Origin: Vicugna vicugna | Lineage: Eukaryota | Direction of reading: 5' to 3' | Assembly (NCBI GenBank): GCA_013265495.1 | Contig: MU057648.1 | Location: forward strand, 62,001 to 126,000 | Length of the DNA stretch: 64,000 nt | The notes under the pieces: model-generated | What the model was told of the DNA's origin: nothing | Seen by the model: the letters and a program-made list of their open reading frames with translations, nothing else | The model's database searches: none | In this document: one piece after another, positions 25,391 to 37,860 of the stretch | Layout of the letters: every line of letters starts with the position of its first letter | Numbering within the stretch: position 1 is the first letter of the stretch | Position numbers and translations under genes: made by a program

Positions 25391-25858
25391 CATTTTAGTG
25401 GCCGGATGAAAGCAGCCCTGCAGAGCTCTCTCCGGCTGCTACACCACTTAGAACAGCTCTGGGGCTGCTTTGATGGCAGAGTGGGGAGCTGGGGTCAGGG
25501 CCGCAGAGCTCTCCTCGCAGGACCCCAGTTCCAGAGCGAGCCGTACTCACAACGCTGGCGGCAGCGGCCTTCACCTCCTTGTGCCGAGGTGTCTGAGATG
25601 CTTGTGCCCTCCAGCCTCTGAGCAGCCTTCACAGGACGCCAGACCCAGGCAGACAGATCTCCCGGGGGAGGTGTGGGCTCCCAGCTCAAGGGTGAGTGGT
25701 GGTTTAGGACCCCCGCAGGGGTGGTGGCTGGGGTGATCTGGGGACAAGGGCGCAAGAGGAGGCAGCAGGGTCAGGCATGTGCCTAATACAGGGATATCTG
25801 GAGGGAGGGCAGAAGCCCAGGAGGTGTAGGAGGCGGCTGTGGGGCTGAGCCCAGGGGG

Positions 25859-25920
25859 CTACCAGCTAACCAGCCTCAGCTCGATGGTCTCTCCATCCCT
25901 GGGTCTGTAGTCAGCAAGGC
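25859..25920 (-). CDS. TCN2: Transcobalamin II, exon 9 (62 nt, includes stop)
   Basis: (G)LADYRPRDGETIELRLVSW*; acceptor tttctgcag. Confidence 0.95.
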
Positions 25921-26526
25921 CTGCAGAAACAGGTTGAGCAGGGGGTTAACAGGGCAGAGTGTCCCACCCACCAGCCCTACCTTCTGGACTCCTACCCTGT
26001 CGCCAGGGTCTGTAAGATGGGCTCAGGGCTTAGCAGTGGGAAATTAGGGACTGCCCAGAGTCAGTCTGGAGACTCTGAACTCAGTTGTGACCCTGGGGTC
26101 GCTGAGACCCACAGGCTCATTTTGCAGTGGGGGAACCCCCAGAGAGCATGGAAGGGTATGGGATAGCATGCAGGATACCCAACATGGGGCCAAGGAACCT
26201 GACAACACCTGACGGGCTGGGCCACTGCCTTCATAGTCCCCCCGAGGGGCATCAGGAGGAGGGACCTGCTTGTTGTGGTCTGGGGAGAACCAGGACCACG
26301 AGTGAAGTCTCCTGGAAGCCAGCCTTTGCTCACTACAGACAATCCAGTCTCCAGCAGGACACTGGGGTTCAAGCCCCAGCTCTGCACTCACTTGCAGCCC
26401 AAAGCACCCTAGTGGATGATATATTCCATGTGGCTATTACAAACAAAGGGGGAGATCTACACAGAGTGACATAGACAGATGTCCACAATACGCTAAGGCT
26501 GAAAAAAATAAGTTACAGTAGAGAGA

Positions 26527-26922
26527 GCTGTGCCATCCGATATGCCAGCCATTAGCCAGATGTGGCTACTGAGCACTTGAAACCTTAACCAAAAAAGGCA
26601 TAAAAAAGGGTGGGAGGTTATAGCTCAGTGGTAGAGCATGTGCTTAGCATGCACGAGGTCCTGGGTTCAACCCCTAGTACCTCTGCATAAGTAAATCAGC
26701 GCCTAATAAATCAATACCTAATTCTTCCCCCCAAATTTTAAAAATAAAGTTAAAAATTACAAAAAAAATTTTTAAGGCATGAAAAATATGTCATAATCAT
26801 TTACACCAATTACATCTTGGAATAATATTTTGGATGCATTATTAATATTAGTTTCAGCAACAACGAAATTTAGAATGACACATACGGCTCACAGTTTGTT
26901 TCGATCAGACAGCACTGCTGTA
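26527..26922. mobile_element. MER3/MER33-like hAT DNA transposon remnant interrupted by a SINE
   Basis: agccattagccagatgtggctactgagcacttgaaa on the left and ggctcac...gacagcactg on the right of the SINE. Confidence 0.55.
26608..26773 (+). mobile_element. tRNA-Ala-derived SINE (vic-1-like, long form)
   Basis: tRNA-like head and A-rich tail; target-site duplication aaggcataaaaaa (26595-26607) / aaggcatgaaaaa (26774-26786). Confidence 0.85.
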
Positions 26923-27317
26923 GAGTATGACTTCATTTTTATGAAAAACAAAAAACAAACTTACATATTTGAAAAATTATCTGGAAGAAAATATACCAAA
27001 GGTAAAAAGAAGTTATTTCTGGGTATTGAATTATAAGTAGTTTGAATTTTCTTCTTTTTTGCTTATCTGATTTCCTAGAGTTGCACAATAACATACAGAA
27101 AAATTCTTACACTTGAATACATGATACTCAATCTTGAGCATTAGTGATTTTTTTTTGAAGGTAGAGAAAGTAGTTTTTAATTTTTTTTATTATTATTGTT
27201 TTGAGCAATAGTGATTATCTGAGGCTGAGGCCCGGGAAAGTTTGGGAGAAAGCTGGGTCAAGACTGGGCTGGGGCTGGGGCAGGGTCACATCCAAGGTGG
27301 CTGGCCACCAGACTCAC

Positions 27318-27433
27318 CTTGCAGCAGCGGGGTGTTGGGGGCCCTGAGGAGCTGCCAGAACTCACGTCCCTCAGCCTTTTTCCCCATTACAGAGGTCAGG
27401 TAGGGGCCTGACAAGGAGGCCTGTGTTCCGTAC
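27318..27433 (-). CDS. TCN2: Transcobalamin II, exon 8 (116 nt)
   Basis: (M)YGTQASLSGPYLTSVMGKKAEGREFWQLLRAPNTPLLQ; AG/GT flanks. Confidence 0.95.
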
Positions 27434-28239
27434 CTACCGAAGGGACAGGCAAAGAGGGAGATAAGGTGACATTTGGTCCCCTCAACCCAAGGGCAGAAGT
27501 AGAATCACCCCCACAAGGAAAGTGCTGCCCTGACTCTCAGGACCAGCGCTAGCCAAATCTTCCTGGGACACCTCAGCTTGGGTCTCCCCTCCACCCCTCT
27601 TCTCTGTCCCCTCGGACACTGCCCACGCAGGGGACTCCATCCCCTCTGCGTTGTCCACAACCCGGGATATGGAGGGTCGCCTGTTACATTATTGACCCAG
27701 CAGCGCTCCCTTTCCGGGGGCTGAGGTTGCAGGCAAGCCGCCAGCAGCACACAGATGCCAACACCCGACCAGAGAGGGGACGCCAGCCCTGCAGGGAAGC
27801 GGGAACCCACAAGACGGAGGCAGAGACACACCCCCGGCGGCACTGGGTCTCAGGTTCCAGCAGTTTCTGTGACTCAGGGGCACTCCCCACTCTTGTGGCT
27901 GGATGGCTCCGTCTTCTCTCTGATTCCTACACCCTGCGCTCCCCGTTAGCGGAGAGGGCTGGGGTCCGATTTCTGACCTTGGCAACCAAGAGGCTCCTTC
28001 CTCTCACCACCCCGCCCGGAGCTCCAGACTCTGCTGCCAAAGGGAGCCTCTTAAAGGCTGTGGGCCGTGCCGTCCTCCCTCCTAAAGGCTTACAAATGGC
28101 CTTGGTCTTAGACGGTGAGGGTTTTTATAGTTTTACAAAACAGAAACACAGGGTGACCTAGTCAAAGGGAGGGTGTCGTTATAGGGAGCAGCCTGTCCCC
28201 AGTCATTCCCAGCGTGCAGGGCCCCGTGGCTGCTCGGAG

Positions 28240-28330
28240 ACCTCTCTCTGCCTGCCCGTCTCTCTCCGTTTCTCTCTCTCTCCTCTCTCTCTCTCTTTTT
28301 CTCAGTCTCTCTCTGTCTCTCTTCTTCTAG
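28240..28330 (+). repeat. CT-rich low-complexity tract
   Basis: Imperfect (CT)n runs in TCN2 intron 7. Confidence 0.8.
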
Positions 28331-29616
28331 AATCTGGTTTTCTCTGCTGTGCATTCACAGGCCTCGAACGTGGCCTCCGGCCTGGCCTCTTAACCTGGCT
28401 CAGGCACCCACCTCCACTTCCAAGAGAATTATTTCTCAGATTGGTATCCCTGTTGTCTTCTCAGAGGTCCTGGAGTTTTGAATAAAGATATTAAGTTCTA
28501 TTTTTTTTTCTTATTTTGATGACAATGTCCAAACATGAATACCAGCAGGTTCTAGGTAATAATTCCAGTGCCTGCTGGATGGAGAGAAGCCTGCCAAGGG
28601 CCCCCGGTATCTCTCACCCCCAGCGGTGCTGCCCTGCAGGCTACAGCGAAATAGGACAGAAATGGGCTTGGTAGTGAGTGGAGAGTTCAGGGGCCAGGGA
28701 AGAGTCTCTGAGCCATAGCTGCCTGTGCAAACTCAACCTGATGGCAGCTCACATCCAAGGGAGTGCTGAGAGCGCTGGGCTCACCGGCACCTGCGAGGAC
28801 ACCTGCCCCTCAGCAGATAGTCCTTATTCAAATGTTATTGGTTTCAGAGCTTTCTTTGTATTTAATTTCTAAAGCTTTAAAGGGGTCTTTGCATATCTCT
28901 GGTCTGAAATTCCCTGGCCCAGACGACCCCAAGGCGCCAGCTGTGGGCCTCCCTTGGCAGCAGGACACTGTTCTTTGGGAACTCCAGGTGGGGACAGAAG
29001 TTGGGGCCCTCTCAAACTGACGCACATCCTCCTAGAAGAGAAGTCTGGGGTCTGGGTGACCTGGTAGAAGGCACTTATTCTCTGGGCCAGATTCCCCATC
29101 GGTTATCACCCCCATCTTACTTAGGCAGAGGCACAGAGCTCAGGAAATGCTTGTGTTCAGACCCGTCCAATCTCAGGGTTAGAAGCAAGTTTAGGGCTGT
29201 TGTCTCACCTCCACGTGCTGCACAGGGCTTGCCCGGGTAATTCACCACTGGGATTAGACCAAGATTGTTTGATAATAAAAATTCTCATTCTTATGAGAGC
29301 TAACCTGTATTGAGTGTTTACTAAGGGCAGGACTCTGCACACAAAAAGCACATACCACGTCCTCTTTGTGCACTAATTATTCCCAGACTCCTCCATGGGC
29401 TCTGTGCTGGGGGTGGGGGTGCACAACTGCCGTCCTCACTGAGTTGCAGGTAAATAACTTGTCTGGGCCCCGGGCTGGAGAGGGGGGAGCTGGGTTTCCA
29501 CATGTGGAGGGTCTGCCCCCTCCCAAGGGAGCTCTCTCTCCACCCCTGTCCCATCCGTGTCCCATCTCAGGGATGCGGGGGTGGCTCGGGTGAGGGCCAG
29601 GAGGTAGGGGTCTCAC

Positions 29617-29788
29617 ATGAATCTTCCATGATCCTGGGCCTTCTTCAGGACGTCTTCCAAGGAGGAGCCAGCAGGGACAGAGATGGACTGTACGTATGGA
29701 GAAAGGATGCTGGAGACCTTCAGCGTGACATGGATGACCTCCGGGACTTGGGTCTGTGAAGAGGTCTCCATAGCTGGCTCCAACGTGA
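29617..29788 (-). CDS. TCN2: Transcobalamin II, exon 7 (172 nt)
   Basis: (V)TLEPAMETSSQTQVPEVIHVTLKVSSILSPYVQSISVPAGSSLEDVLKKAQDHGRF; AG/GT flanks. Confidence 0.95.
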
Positions 29789-30674
29789 CTGTGTGGAGGA
29801 GAGGGGAAGCGGCAGCTGGTCTGAGAGCAGGGGGCCGGACGTCAGCTCTCCTTTCTTCTCTAGGAGACGCTGTGGCCCCTCGGCACCTCTGTCTTCCCTG
29901 TGGTCCCATGGCAGTCAACACCTCCACCTCCTGAGCAGCTGGAGCATGGCTGCCTTTCCAGCCTCCCCTGTCCCCCAGCTCCCACATCCTCTGGCTGCCC
30001 AAGGTCAGGCCCCTCAGTGATTTCTCTGCCTCCAGTATCCCCCCCTCACCTATCTGCCACACAGCAGCCCAGAGGGCTCTTTCTAGAATGTATATTTGTT
30101 CATATCAGCCCCTGTTCCCTCTGAGGGTCTCCCCTCCCGTTCACTCTTCTGCCCGCTGCTCCAGCTCATTCTCCCAGACTCCACTCTTTAGTAAGCCCCT
30201 TCTCCCAATTTCCAATCTTGTCTGCCTCTGCACCTTTGTTCTTGCTGCCTGCTCTCTGCTCTGCCTTCAGAAGACTCTTATCCGCTGGCAAATCTCACTT
30301 GCTGACTGCAGTCCCTCTCCCAGATGAAGCCTTGATTCAAGGAGCTGGGACTCATTTGTTATGATGTATCAGAGCTGAGCAAAGTGTGTCTCTCCCCATT
30401 CACCTTCCATCCATCCATCCATCCATCCATTCCTGTCACATGAGGGGCTGGAGATTCATGGCCTGCCCAGAGCTCACCATCTGGTGTCTCACTCCCCACA
30501 CTCTAAGCTTCTAGACTCTATGACTGCATCTTAGCTGCCAGTGTGTCCCACACCTGCCTGCAAACCCCTACACGTTAACTCAGCGAATCTGGACTAAGCG
30601 ACCTCCCCTCACTGGGACATGCAGACTTCAAGGCAGATTGAAAAGAATAGGGCTTCTGTGAAAGGCTCGGCTAC

Positions 30675-30861
30675 CTCTTGGTGCCTGGCAGTCTGGGAAG
30701 ATGAGATCCACATAGCTCTTGCGGTTCAGGACTGGCAGCAGCTGAGAAATCATCATAGGATTCCGGAAGGTCTTGTGCTGCAGGCTGGCCAACAGAGCAG
30801 CCTTGGCCTTGAGGCATGCTGCGCCCAGCTCCACCGTGGGTGTGTGTGAGGTCATCAGCAA
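30675..30861 (-). CDS. TCN2: Transcobalamin II, exon 6 (187 nt)
   Basis: LLMTSHTPTVELGAACLKA...FRNPMMISQLLPVLNRKSYVDLIFPDCQAPR; AG/GT flanks. Confidence 0.95.
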
Positions 30862-30969
30862 CTGGTGACAGAATGGGCAAGAAGAGGAGGCGGGGGGTCA
30901 GCCAGCCCTGTCTGCTCCACCTCCCACCAGCCACCAGGGTGGACCATGGCCCCATGGCCTCCTTCCTAC

Positions 30970-31142
30970 CTGCAGCGCCAGAGGGGTACTGTAGACGTTC
31001 CCGAAGTGGCCCTCGGGGGTCTGGGCCTTCAGGATCTTCTCTTGTACCCTCCCGAGGGCCAGGGTGATCCGGTCTCTCTGACTGGGGTTGAGGTTGGACA
31101 GCTCCAGACAGGAGAAAGCCAAGCCCGCCATGGCCACGGAGT
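30970..31142 (-). CDS. TCN2: Transcobalamin II, exon 5 (173 nt)
   Basis: (D)SVAMAGLAFSCL...QTPEGHFGNVYSTPLALQ; cobalamin-binding family signature. Confidence 0.96.
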
Positions 31143-32203
31143 CTAGCAGGGGACAAAACCCAGTGGGGTCAGGCCTGGCGGGACCTTGGGGCAACAGGCA
31201 ATCACAGGGGGGCTTGAGGAAGGGGGCTGATACGGTCAGAGCATGATTTCAGAAAGTTTCCACCAGCTAGGGGGACCAATCAGCCCCGTTTGCCCACTTT
31301 CCGGGACGGCAACCTGGGATGGTCGGTCACCCTATTCCTGTCTGCCGCCTGGGGGTCAGGGGTTAGGGAAAGAGCCTGGAGAACAGAGGGCAAAGAGGAC
31401 TTTATCCTACACCACTCATTCCCCAAGCTGCCCGCACTTTGGAATCACCAGGGGATTTTAAAATGGGCAGATGCCTGGGTCCACTCCAGGTGGTCTAGTT
31501 TAACAGGTCCAGGGAGCTGCTTGGGCTCTGGGGGGTTTTAAGCTCCCTGCCGCAAGGGGATTTAATGTATCCACAGTGCGTTTTCTGTAAGCCTCTGGGG
31601 CAGAACAAGTCCCTGCTGGCTTCTGCTCTCTGGGAACCTCCCCTCCCCACCTCTGACCTCCTCCAACCTGCCTCCCCCCATGCGAGGCACGCACACTCCA
31701 AGAACACAGCCAGGCCTAGAAGAGACCCTGACATCGCGATGACAAGGAAGGGCACTGGAGACCCGAGGTCACACAGTGAGCTGACCCAGAATCCAGGTCT
31801 CAGGCACATCCCAGCTTATCTGATGAGAACATCGTGGCTGGGTGTCCAGAACTCTCTCCCTGATGGGCACCAGGCTGCGCCCTTTACTTATAAGGTATCT
31901 TTTATTGAGCTGCTGCCGAGGGGTTATTTTACCAGAGCAGCTGCACCAGAAAGGCCAGCTGATTTGTCCACTGGGACCTACAGCAAGTGTGTGATGGAGG
32001 GCAGGGTCAGGGTCTGGTCCAGCTCCACTGCGGGCAGCGCTGTGCCACAGTGAGCCCTCCTGTGACACTTCTCATGGACTTGACAGGGAGAGGTGAGCAG
32101 GGCCTGGGGGCAGAGGCCTTCATCTGGGGTGGGGTTAGAGGAGGGCCAGCCTGGCCTCAGAGGAGGGGTGTAGGGGGTTGGGGGTGGGGTCTGGCTCACT
32201 CAC

Positions 32204-32365
32204 CCACAGAGAGGTGGGCCTGGCGGAGATGCCCTTCATGCTCCACGGCGTACAGGAGCTTGCCCACCACGCTGTCATGGACCCGCTTCTGATGGAGGCA
32301 CAGGGCCAGGATGCCCAGGCTGTACTGGTAGTAGCTCGTGTGGGGGTGGCCCTTGTGATTGTGCC
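32204..32365 (-). CDS. TCN2: Transcobalamin II, exon 4 (162 nt)
   Basis: (G)[53 protein letters not shown]; acceptor ccccgag, donor GTGAGT. Confidence 0.94.
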
Positions 32366-33358
32366 CTCGGGGAGAAAACCACAGGGTGTGGGCATCATGC
32401 TGGGCCTGAGGGGCTGCCCCTCTGCCCTCTCCCACAACCAGCCCTGCCAGCACCGGACCCATTGCCTACACCGCCCAACACCCTCCTTTAGGTCGTGGGA
32501 TCCTTCTTGCCTTCATTCCCTTCGCCCATACTTGCTGAGACCCCGCTGTCAGGCACTGTGCTTGGAGCATGAACACAGTGACGGCAGGCCTGGCACAGTG
32601 CAGCCAGGGCCTCCGAAAATCACATAACCCAAGCTCACAAGACCATGAATTGTGGACCAAGGTCCATGGGGCCGAGTAACAGAGGTCTTTGAGTAGCTGG
32701 GGAGTTGGGGCAGGATTCTCTGAGGCAGTGATGCTGGGGAGGAAGGGTGAGGAGAGCTAAAGGTGGAGCTAGAAGGCGAAGGAGACCTTCCAGATAGAGG
32801 GAACATATGGGAAGACCCTGGCTGGTGAGCTGAGAGGCCAGTGTGGCCGGAGCCCATGGAGGGGCAGTGGAATGGGTAGGCCAGAGGGTGGGTGGGCAAA
32901 GACTGGAGAGGAGAAAAGGGCAGGCAGGCTGGGCCTGAGGGCTGTGAACACAGCAGTGAGGAGCTCCTGCAGTGTTTAAACAGCTCTAACAAGATCAGAT
33001 TTGTATTTAAAACGCTTACTCTGTGTATGCTCGGTGGAGTCAGGAGGCAGGAAAGTTAGGGAGAGAGGCTGAGGAGTGAGTAGTAAGGAGGCTGCGCAGT
33101 TGTCCCAAAGGTGGAAAATCAGGTCTATTTTGGTGCCTGAGCAGCAAGAGTTGCCAACAGAGTGCATGTGGGGTGCAGGAAAGGCTTGATCAAGGGTGGC
33201 TCCTGGGGGAAGCCTGAGCCTCTAGGTAGATATCGAGACAGGCAGATGGAGGGCAGGAAAGAGGCCTGGGGAGAAAACCCAAAGTTCTGATGTAGATGCT
33301 TCACCAGACAGTGTTGTCTGGTGAGCCCTCCCCACCCTGGCAGACCCCGTCTCCTCAC

Positions 33359-33528
33359 CAATGGCCCCCTTCTCGTCCTCCAGGAACCGCTTCAGCTGTG
33401 ACACCAGCCTGTCCCCCTTGCGGCCTCCGACAAACTCGCAGTTGGCCCGGAGAGCGAGCAGGTAGAGGGCCAGCTGGCCCATGGAGGGCTTGGCCTCAGA
33501 GTCACTGTTGTCATTGCCAGAGGCAGAC
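33359..33528 (-). CDS. TCN2: Transcobalamin II, exon 3 (170 nt)
   Basis: SASGNDNSDSEAKPSMGQLALYLLALRANCEFVGGRKGDRLVSQLKRFLEDEKGAI; AG/GT flanks. Confidence 0.96.
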
Positions 33529-34246
33529 CTGGGACAAAGGCAGTTAACAATACTTCTGTAAGAAAGTACCACCCTGGTAAGCCTGGCTTGGGGGGCTCCC
33601 CAGCAATATTACAAAGAGGAAAAAAAATCCTAGGAGTTGGAAAGTTTACTAGACCTGCCAAACGTAGATCTAGTCAGCCTTGTGCGTTGTGAGGAGTATG
33701 CCATGCTTATTTCATAAAGATGGAAAATTAAACTCAAGAACAAACTCTGAGGGCTCTTGCATCCAAATGACCTGTGTTTGCCCCACCCTTTGGTCACACT
33801 TTGCCTGTACATTCTCCCTTTCTTTCCTCTCCCTGCCCTGCGTCTGCTTCTCAAGAGGAAGTCCAAGCGGGAGATGCTCTATGGTGGTCCTGACCCTTCA
33901 CCTCTCATTCAAACTCCCATGCTGGACCTCAGAAGAGGCCTCCCCTTAATGCTCCCTGGAAAGGGAGCACAGATAGTCAGATGCTGCTTCTGGGCTCGGT
34001 ATGAAAGAGTGCAGTCATAGATTAGTGATGGCTGCCACAGGTATAGGAAGGTACAGCAGCCACGCAAGGGCCCTAGATCAGCATCTCCAATCTAGTCAAA
34101 ACAACCTCATTCTACGGATGGAGAAAGGCCCAGAGAAGACAAGACTTGCCCTACGGTCTCCCAACAAAGCAGTGACAGGAATGCAGGCCTCCAGTCTCTT
34201 AGGATGTGGAACACGTGAGGGAGGAGAAGAGAGAATGAGGCAGCAC

Positions 34247-34439
34247 CTCAGGAGGCTCTGCTGGTAGCTGAGCTTGAGGCTGTGCAGGTAGTGGGCCTCC
34301 TTGGCCCCAGCCTGCAGGCTGGAGAGGCGCAGGCCCACGTAGACACTGGGGTTCAGGTGCTCCAGGGAGAGCCGGTCCATCCAGGGCAAGAGGCGCTGGC
34401 CTAGCCTCTCCACTAGCTCGCTGTCCACCTCCGTTATTT
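34247..34439 (-). CDS. TCN2: Transcobalamin II, exon 2 (193 nt)
   Basis: (E)ITEVDSELVERLGQRLLPWMDRLSLEHLNPSVYVGLRLSSLQAG...YQQSLL; AG/GT flanks. Confidence 0.96.
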
Positions 34440-37181
34440 CTTAGGGAAGAGAACAGGCCAAGTGAGGTCGCAGGGCCAGGCCATCAGCGACGCCTTACTA
34501 GGGTCTTCTCCAGGGAATGAACATCTCCATCCTACCTCCACACGGCACACACCCTACTCGTATGGGGGGATCTGGCTGGAATGAGAGGCGGCCGGTGAAG
34601 AGTGGGGGAAGCAGACGTCCTGAGTGGCTGGAGGGGGCAGGGGGAGGTGGTGGTCCCAGGACCCACTCTGCCCACCAACAGTGACAGACTGGATTCTGGG
34701 CAGTGTAGGGGGTCCCAGGCCCCAGCCCCACCTCCCTGGGTCCTCATGCCAGCGCTGTGACAGAGGTACTGCCATCATCACTTTGCATGAAAGAGGAAGC
34801 ACAATTCAAAGCTATGGGCATGTTCCACCCATTTACAAAACTTCAACCCACACTGGGAACAGGTTAACGCAACCAATTTTAAAACACTGCAGACCGCTCA
34901 CTGGCTAACTGGGGCTGCCTGGTGAACCTCCACTGGGCGGATCTCAGAATTAGGCCTTCCCTGCTGCCTCGGTTTAGGTGGGGAAGACCTGAGATTGTGA
35001 GGTAAAGCGTTAGAAAACCATCCTTGTTTGCAACCATTTATCTGTGCGCTTTGGGATTTACCTGAAACTGTGTGATCAATACGGGGAAATACCAGCAGGA
35101 AGCAGAAGCCTCAGGGACAGCGCCAGGTCAGGGCTCTGGCTGACCGGCACTCTCCTCCCTCGGGGCAGGAAGCTGAGCCAGTAGGTGGCCTTGGAGCCAC
35201 TTCAGACTTTTCCTGTTTATGGCCTCCCAGTTGCTGCAGGGCTTTGACTGCCTCCAGTGGGCAGGGTGCTGGGCAGGCCGCCCCGGGGCAAAGGAACTTG
35301 GGGTGGTGGGTGGGGAGGCTGCTTTTCTTTGTCTTTCTTTTTCTCAGTGCCTTTCTGTGTCTTACTCCATTTCTGTACATACTTCCCTTTATTTCTCTGG
35401 ATCTGAGTCTCTCCATCTCTCAGCCTGTCTCTCTGCTTGTCTGTCCCTCCACAGATCTCTTTTCCTTTCCCCTTTCTTCCAACTGGAGAGGGAGCCCCAG
35501 TCCCCCTCACTCCACCCACCAATCCCTGGCTCTGACCTCAAGCAGGTGAGTCAGCCCTGGGATAAGAGTGATAAGAAGAGGAGCCGTAAAGGGAGGTAGA
35601 TAAACACAATTCAGCCTCCTGAGCAGGAAGGAGCCAGGCAGATGCACCCAGGGTAATAAAGTTGACCCTGGGTGAGCTCCCTCCCCTCAGGGCCTTGGAC
35701 TGGCTTTGACACTGGGAAGCACCAGCCCACCTGGAACGGGCGCCACTGCAGCATCCTTGTCAATTTCACAGCCACACAGAGCGTGAAGCTGGTAAAGCAG
35801 GTGGGTGGGCACCACACCAAGGAAGAAGGCAGGGGAGCATTCTTAGCCCATTTTACAGGTGAGGGAATGAGGCTGGGGGCGGCTAAATGGCCTAGCAGCT
35901 GTGGGCTGCATCCCCAATCCCTGCCCAGGGCTCGTGGGGGTCAGGCTTGTGGACTAACTCTCGAAAGGTTCACACCCAGTGAGGGTGAGGACTGGGTCCC
36001 CGTCTCCCCTGGGGACTCTGGACAGGAACCAAGAGCCAAGGGCTGGGGGGGTCTAGTTGCACTTGTAGAACACGGGCTGGAGGCTCCTGACGCCCGGGGA
36101 AGACCCTGACCTGGAGTTCTGAGAACAGTCAGCAAAGCCCTAGAAAGCTGGGCGCCCTGGGCAGGTCACCTGGCCCCTTCGACCCTTCACTGCTTCTTCT
36201 ACCACCTGGACACGACTGAACCTGCCTCTCGGCTTTTCCCAGGATTGCAAGAGCCCCAGCTGGTGAATGAAGAGGTAATGCCGCAGGCGGAGTACGAGTA
36301 GGGAAGAAGAGAGGTGGGTGACTCAGGGTGCAGATGCCTCCCTTCCTGCCTCCAGGCTCCAGGGCACAAGTAGCCCTGAGCCTGTGTGCTCAGACTCCCA
36401 GGCGAGAGGCCCCAGGAGGCGCTGGGACAGAGCGGGAACAGCCTGGCCCCTGTGTGCAGCATGTAAAGCAAATGCCTGCCCTTGTCTCCCGCCAGTCTCT
36501 TACTTCCCTCTGCCTGGGTGCCAGCCTCCGACTCTTCCTCGCCATCTCCTTTTCCTCCTTCAGGTCTCAGTTCCCATGTGGCCCCCTGGCCTGCTACCTC
36601 CGGCCTGGGGCTTCCCCTGGCCCTCACCACAGCCCCCATGCGCAGCGCTGAGTTGCCTCTTGACTAGAACGGAAGCTCTAGGAGGTCAGGGATGGGGCCT
36701 GCCTTACTCTTTGCTCTTTCCCCAAAGCCTAACACTGTACCTGGCACAGAGAAGGCTCAATCAACGTGTGTTAAACGAGTAAGTGAACAGAGGACTGAAT
36801 TAATGGAAGAGAGCTTGTCTGGTGAGGAGTCAGATAAAGTTCATCTCAATACAATGTGCTAAACGCTGAGGTCCAGGGTCCAGCAAAGTCCGAACAGCTT
36901 ACCTGGGAACCCAGATAAGCTGCACCCGACACACATGTGAGCCTCAGTTTCCCCAGCCACACAATGAGGGACTTGGACAAGATGGTCCTCCCTCCTAAGG
37001 ACCCAGGAGGAAAGAGGCACAGGGTGTCTGCCTCCCGCCTGGGGCTTCCTCTGACACTCACCCCAGCCCCACACACAGCACTGACGTGCCCCTCATGAGA
37101 ACCAAAGTCTAGGAGGGCAGAGATGAAAACTGTCTTGCTCTCTGTTCTTTCCCCGAAGACTTACATGGCACAGTTACTCAC

Positions 37182-37245
37182 CACAGACCTGGGCGAGGGC
37201 CCCCAGGCCCCCCAGCAGGAAGAAGAGGGCCCCAAGGCGCCCCAT
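37182..37245 (-). CDS. TCN2: Transcobalamin II, exon 1 (64 nt, signal peptide)
   Basis: GCCATGG Kozak; MGRLGALFFLLGGLGALAQVC; donor GTGAGT. The nine exons sum to 1299 nt (432 aa plus stop). Confidence 0.95.
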
Positions 37246-37689
37246 GGCAGGAGCAGGGGTGGCAGCAGGCGGGGAGCAGGACACTACTGACCACGGCCGG
37301 GCACTGCTCCGAAAGAGGCGGCTTCCTGTCACTGATTAATCTCTCCACGCCCGGCGGCACCAGCACGCTAAGTCAGTGGAGAAAGTGGGAGAGAAGTTCT
37401 GTAGCTGAGGGGAAAGGAAGGCCAAAGAATGGAGGAAGGAAGGGCAGGGGAGAGGAAGCCGTCCTGGAGGTGGGGGGTGAGAGGAGGGGAGGGTGAGCAG
37501 GGTGGTGAGAGAGGTCTGGAGGCAGCCGCAGTCTGGCCCTGCTGCCCAAGAGCCCTGAACCAGTGCAGAAGGGCTGCCTTCTGATCTGCTCCCAAATCTG
37601 TTCAACTGCATGTGTCCCGTCTCCCCTTAGCTGATCCAGTGGCAGACAGGTAGGGCTGGGGTGCCTACCTGGTAGCCCTCCCAGAAGGA

Positions 37690-37860
37690 GCCCCGAAAGT
37701 GCCCGCCCTGCCTGGGACAGGGAGGAGGACTGGGGGTTGCAGTGGTCACATGAGCCACTGCTGGGTCAGCTGTTCTCTGCCCGCCCGTCCGCCCGCCCAA
37801 AGGCGGGGGTAGCTGGACCCGGACCAGACTGGCCAGTTTTCTCAGCCAATCAGAAAGCTG
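37690..37860. promoter_or_regulatory. TCN2 upstream promoter elements (GC boxes, CCAAT)
   Basis: cccgcccgtccgcccgccc at about 37780-37798; AGCCAATCAG with CCAAT at 37846-37850. Confidence 0.55.
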
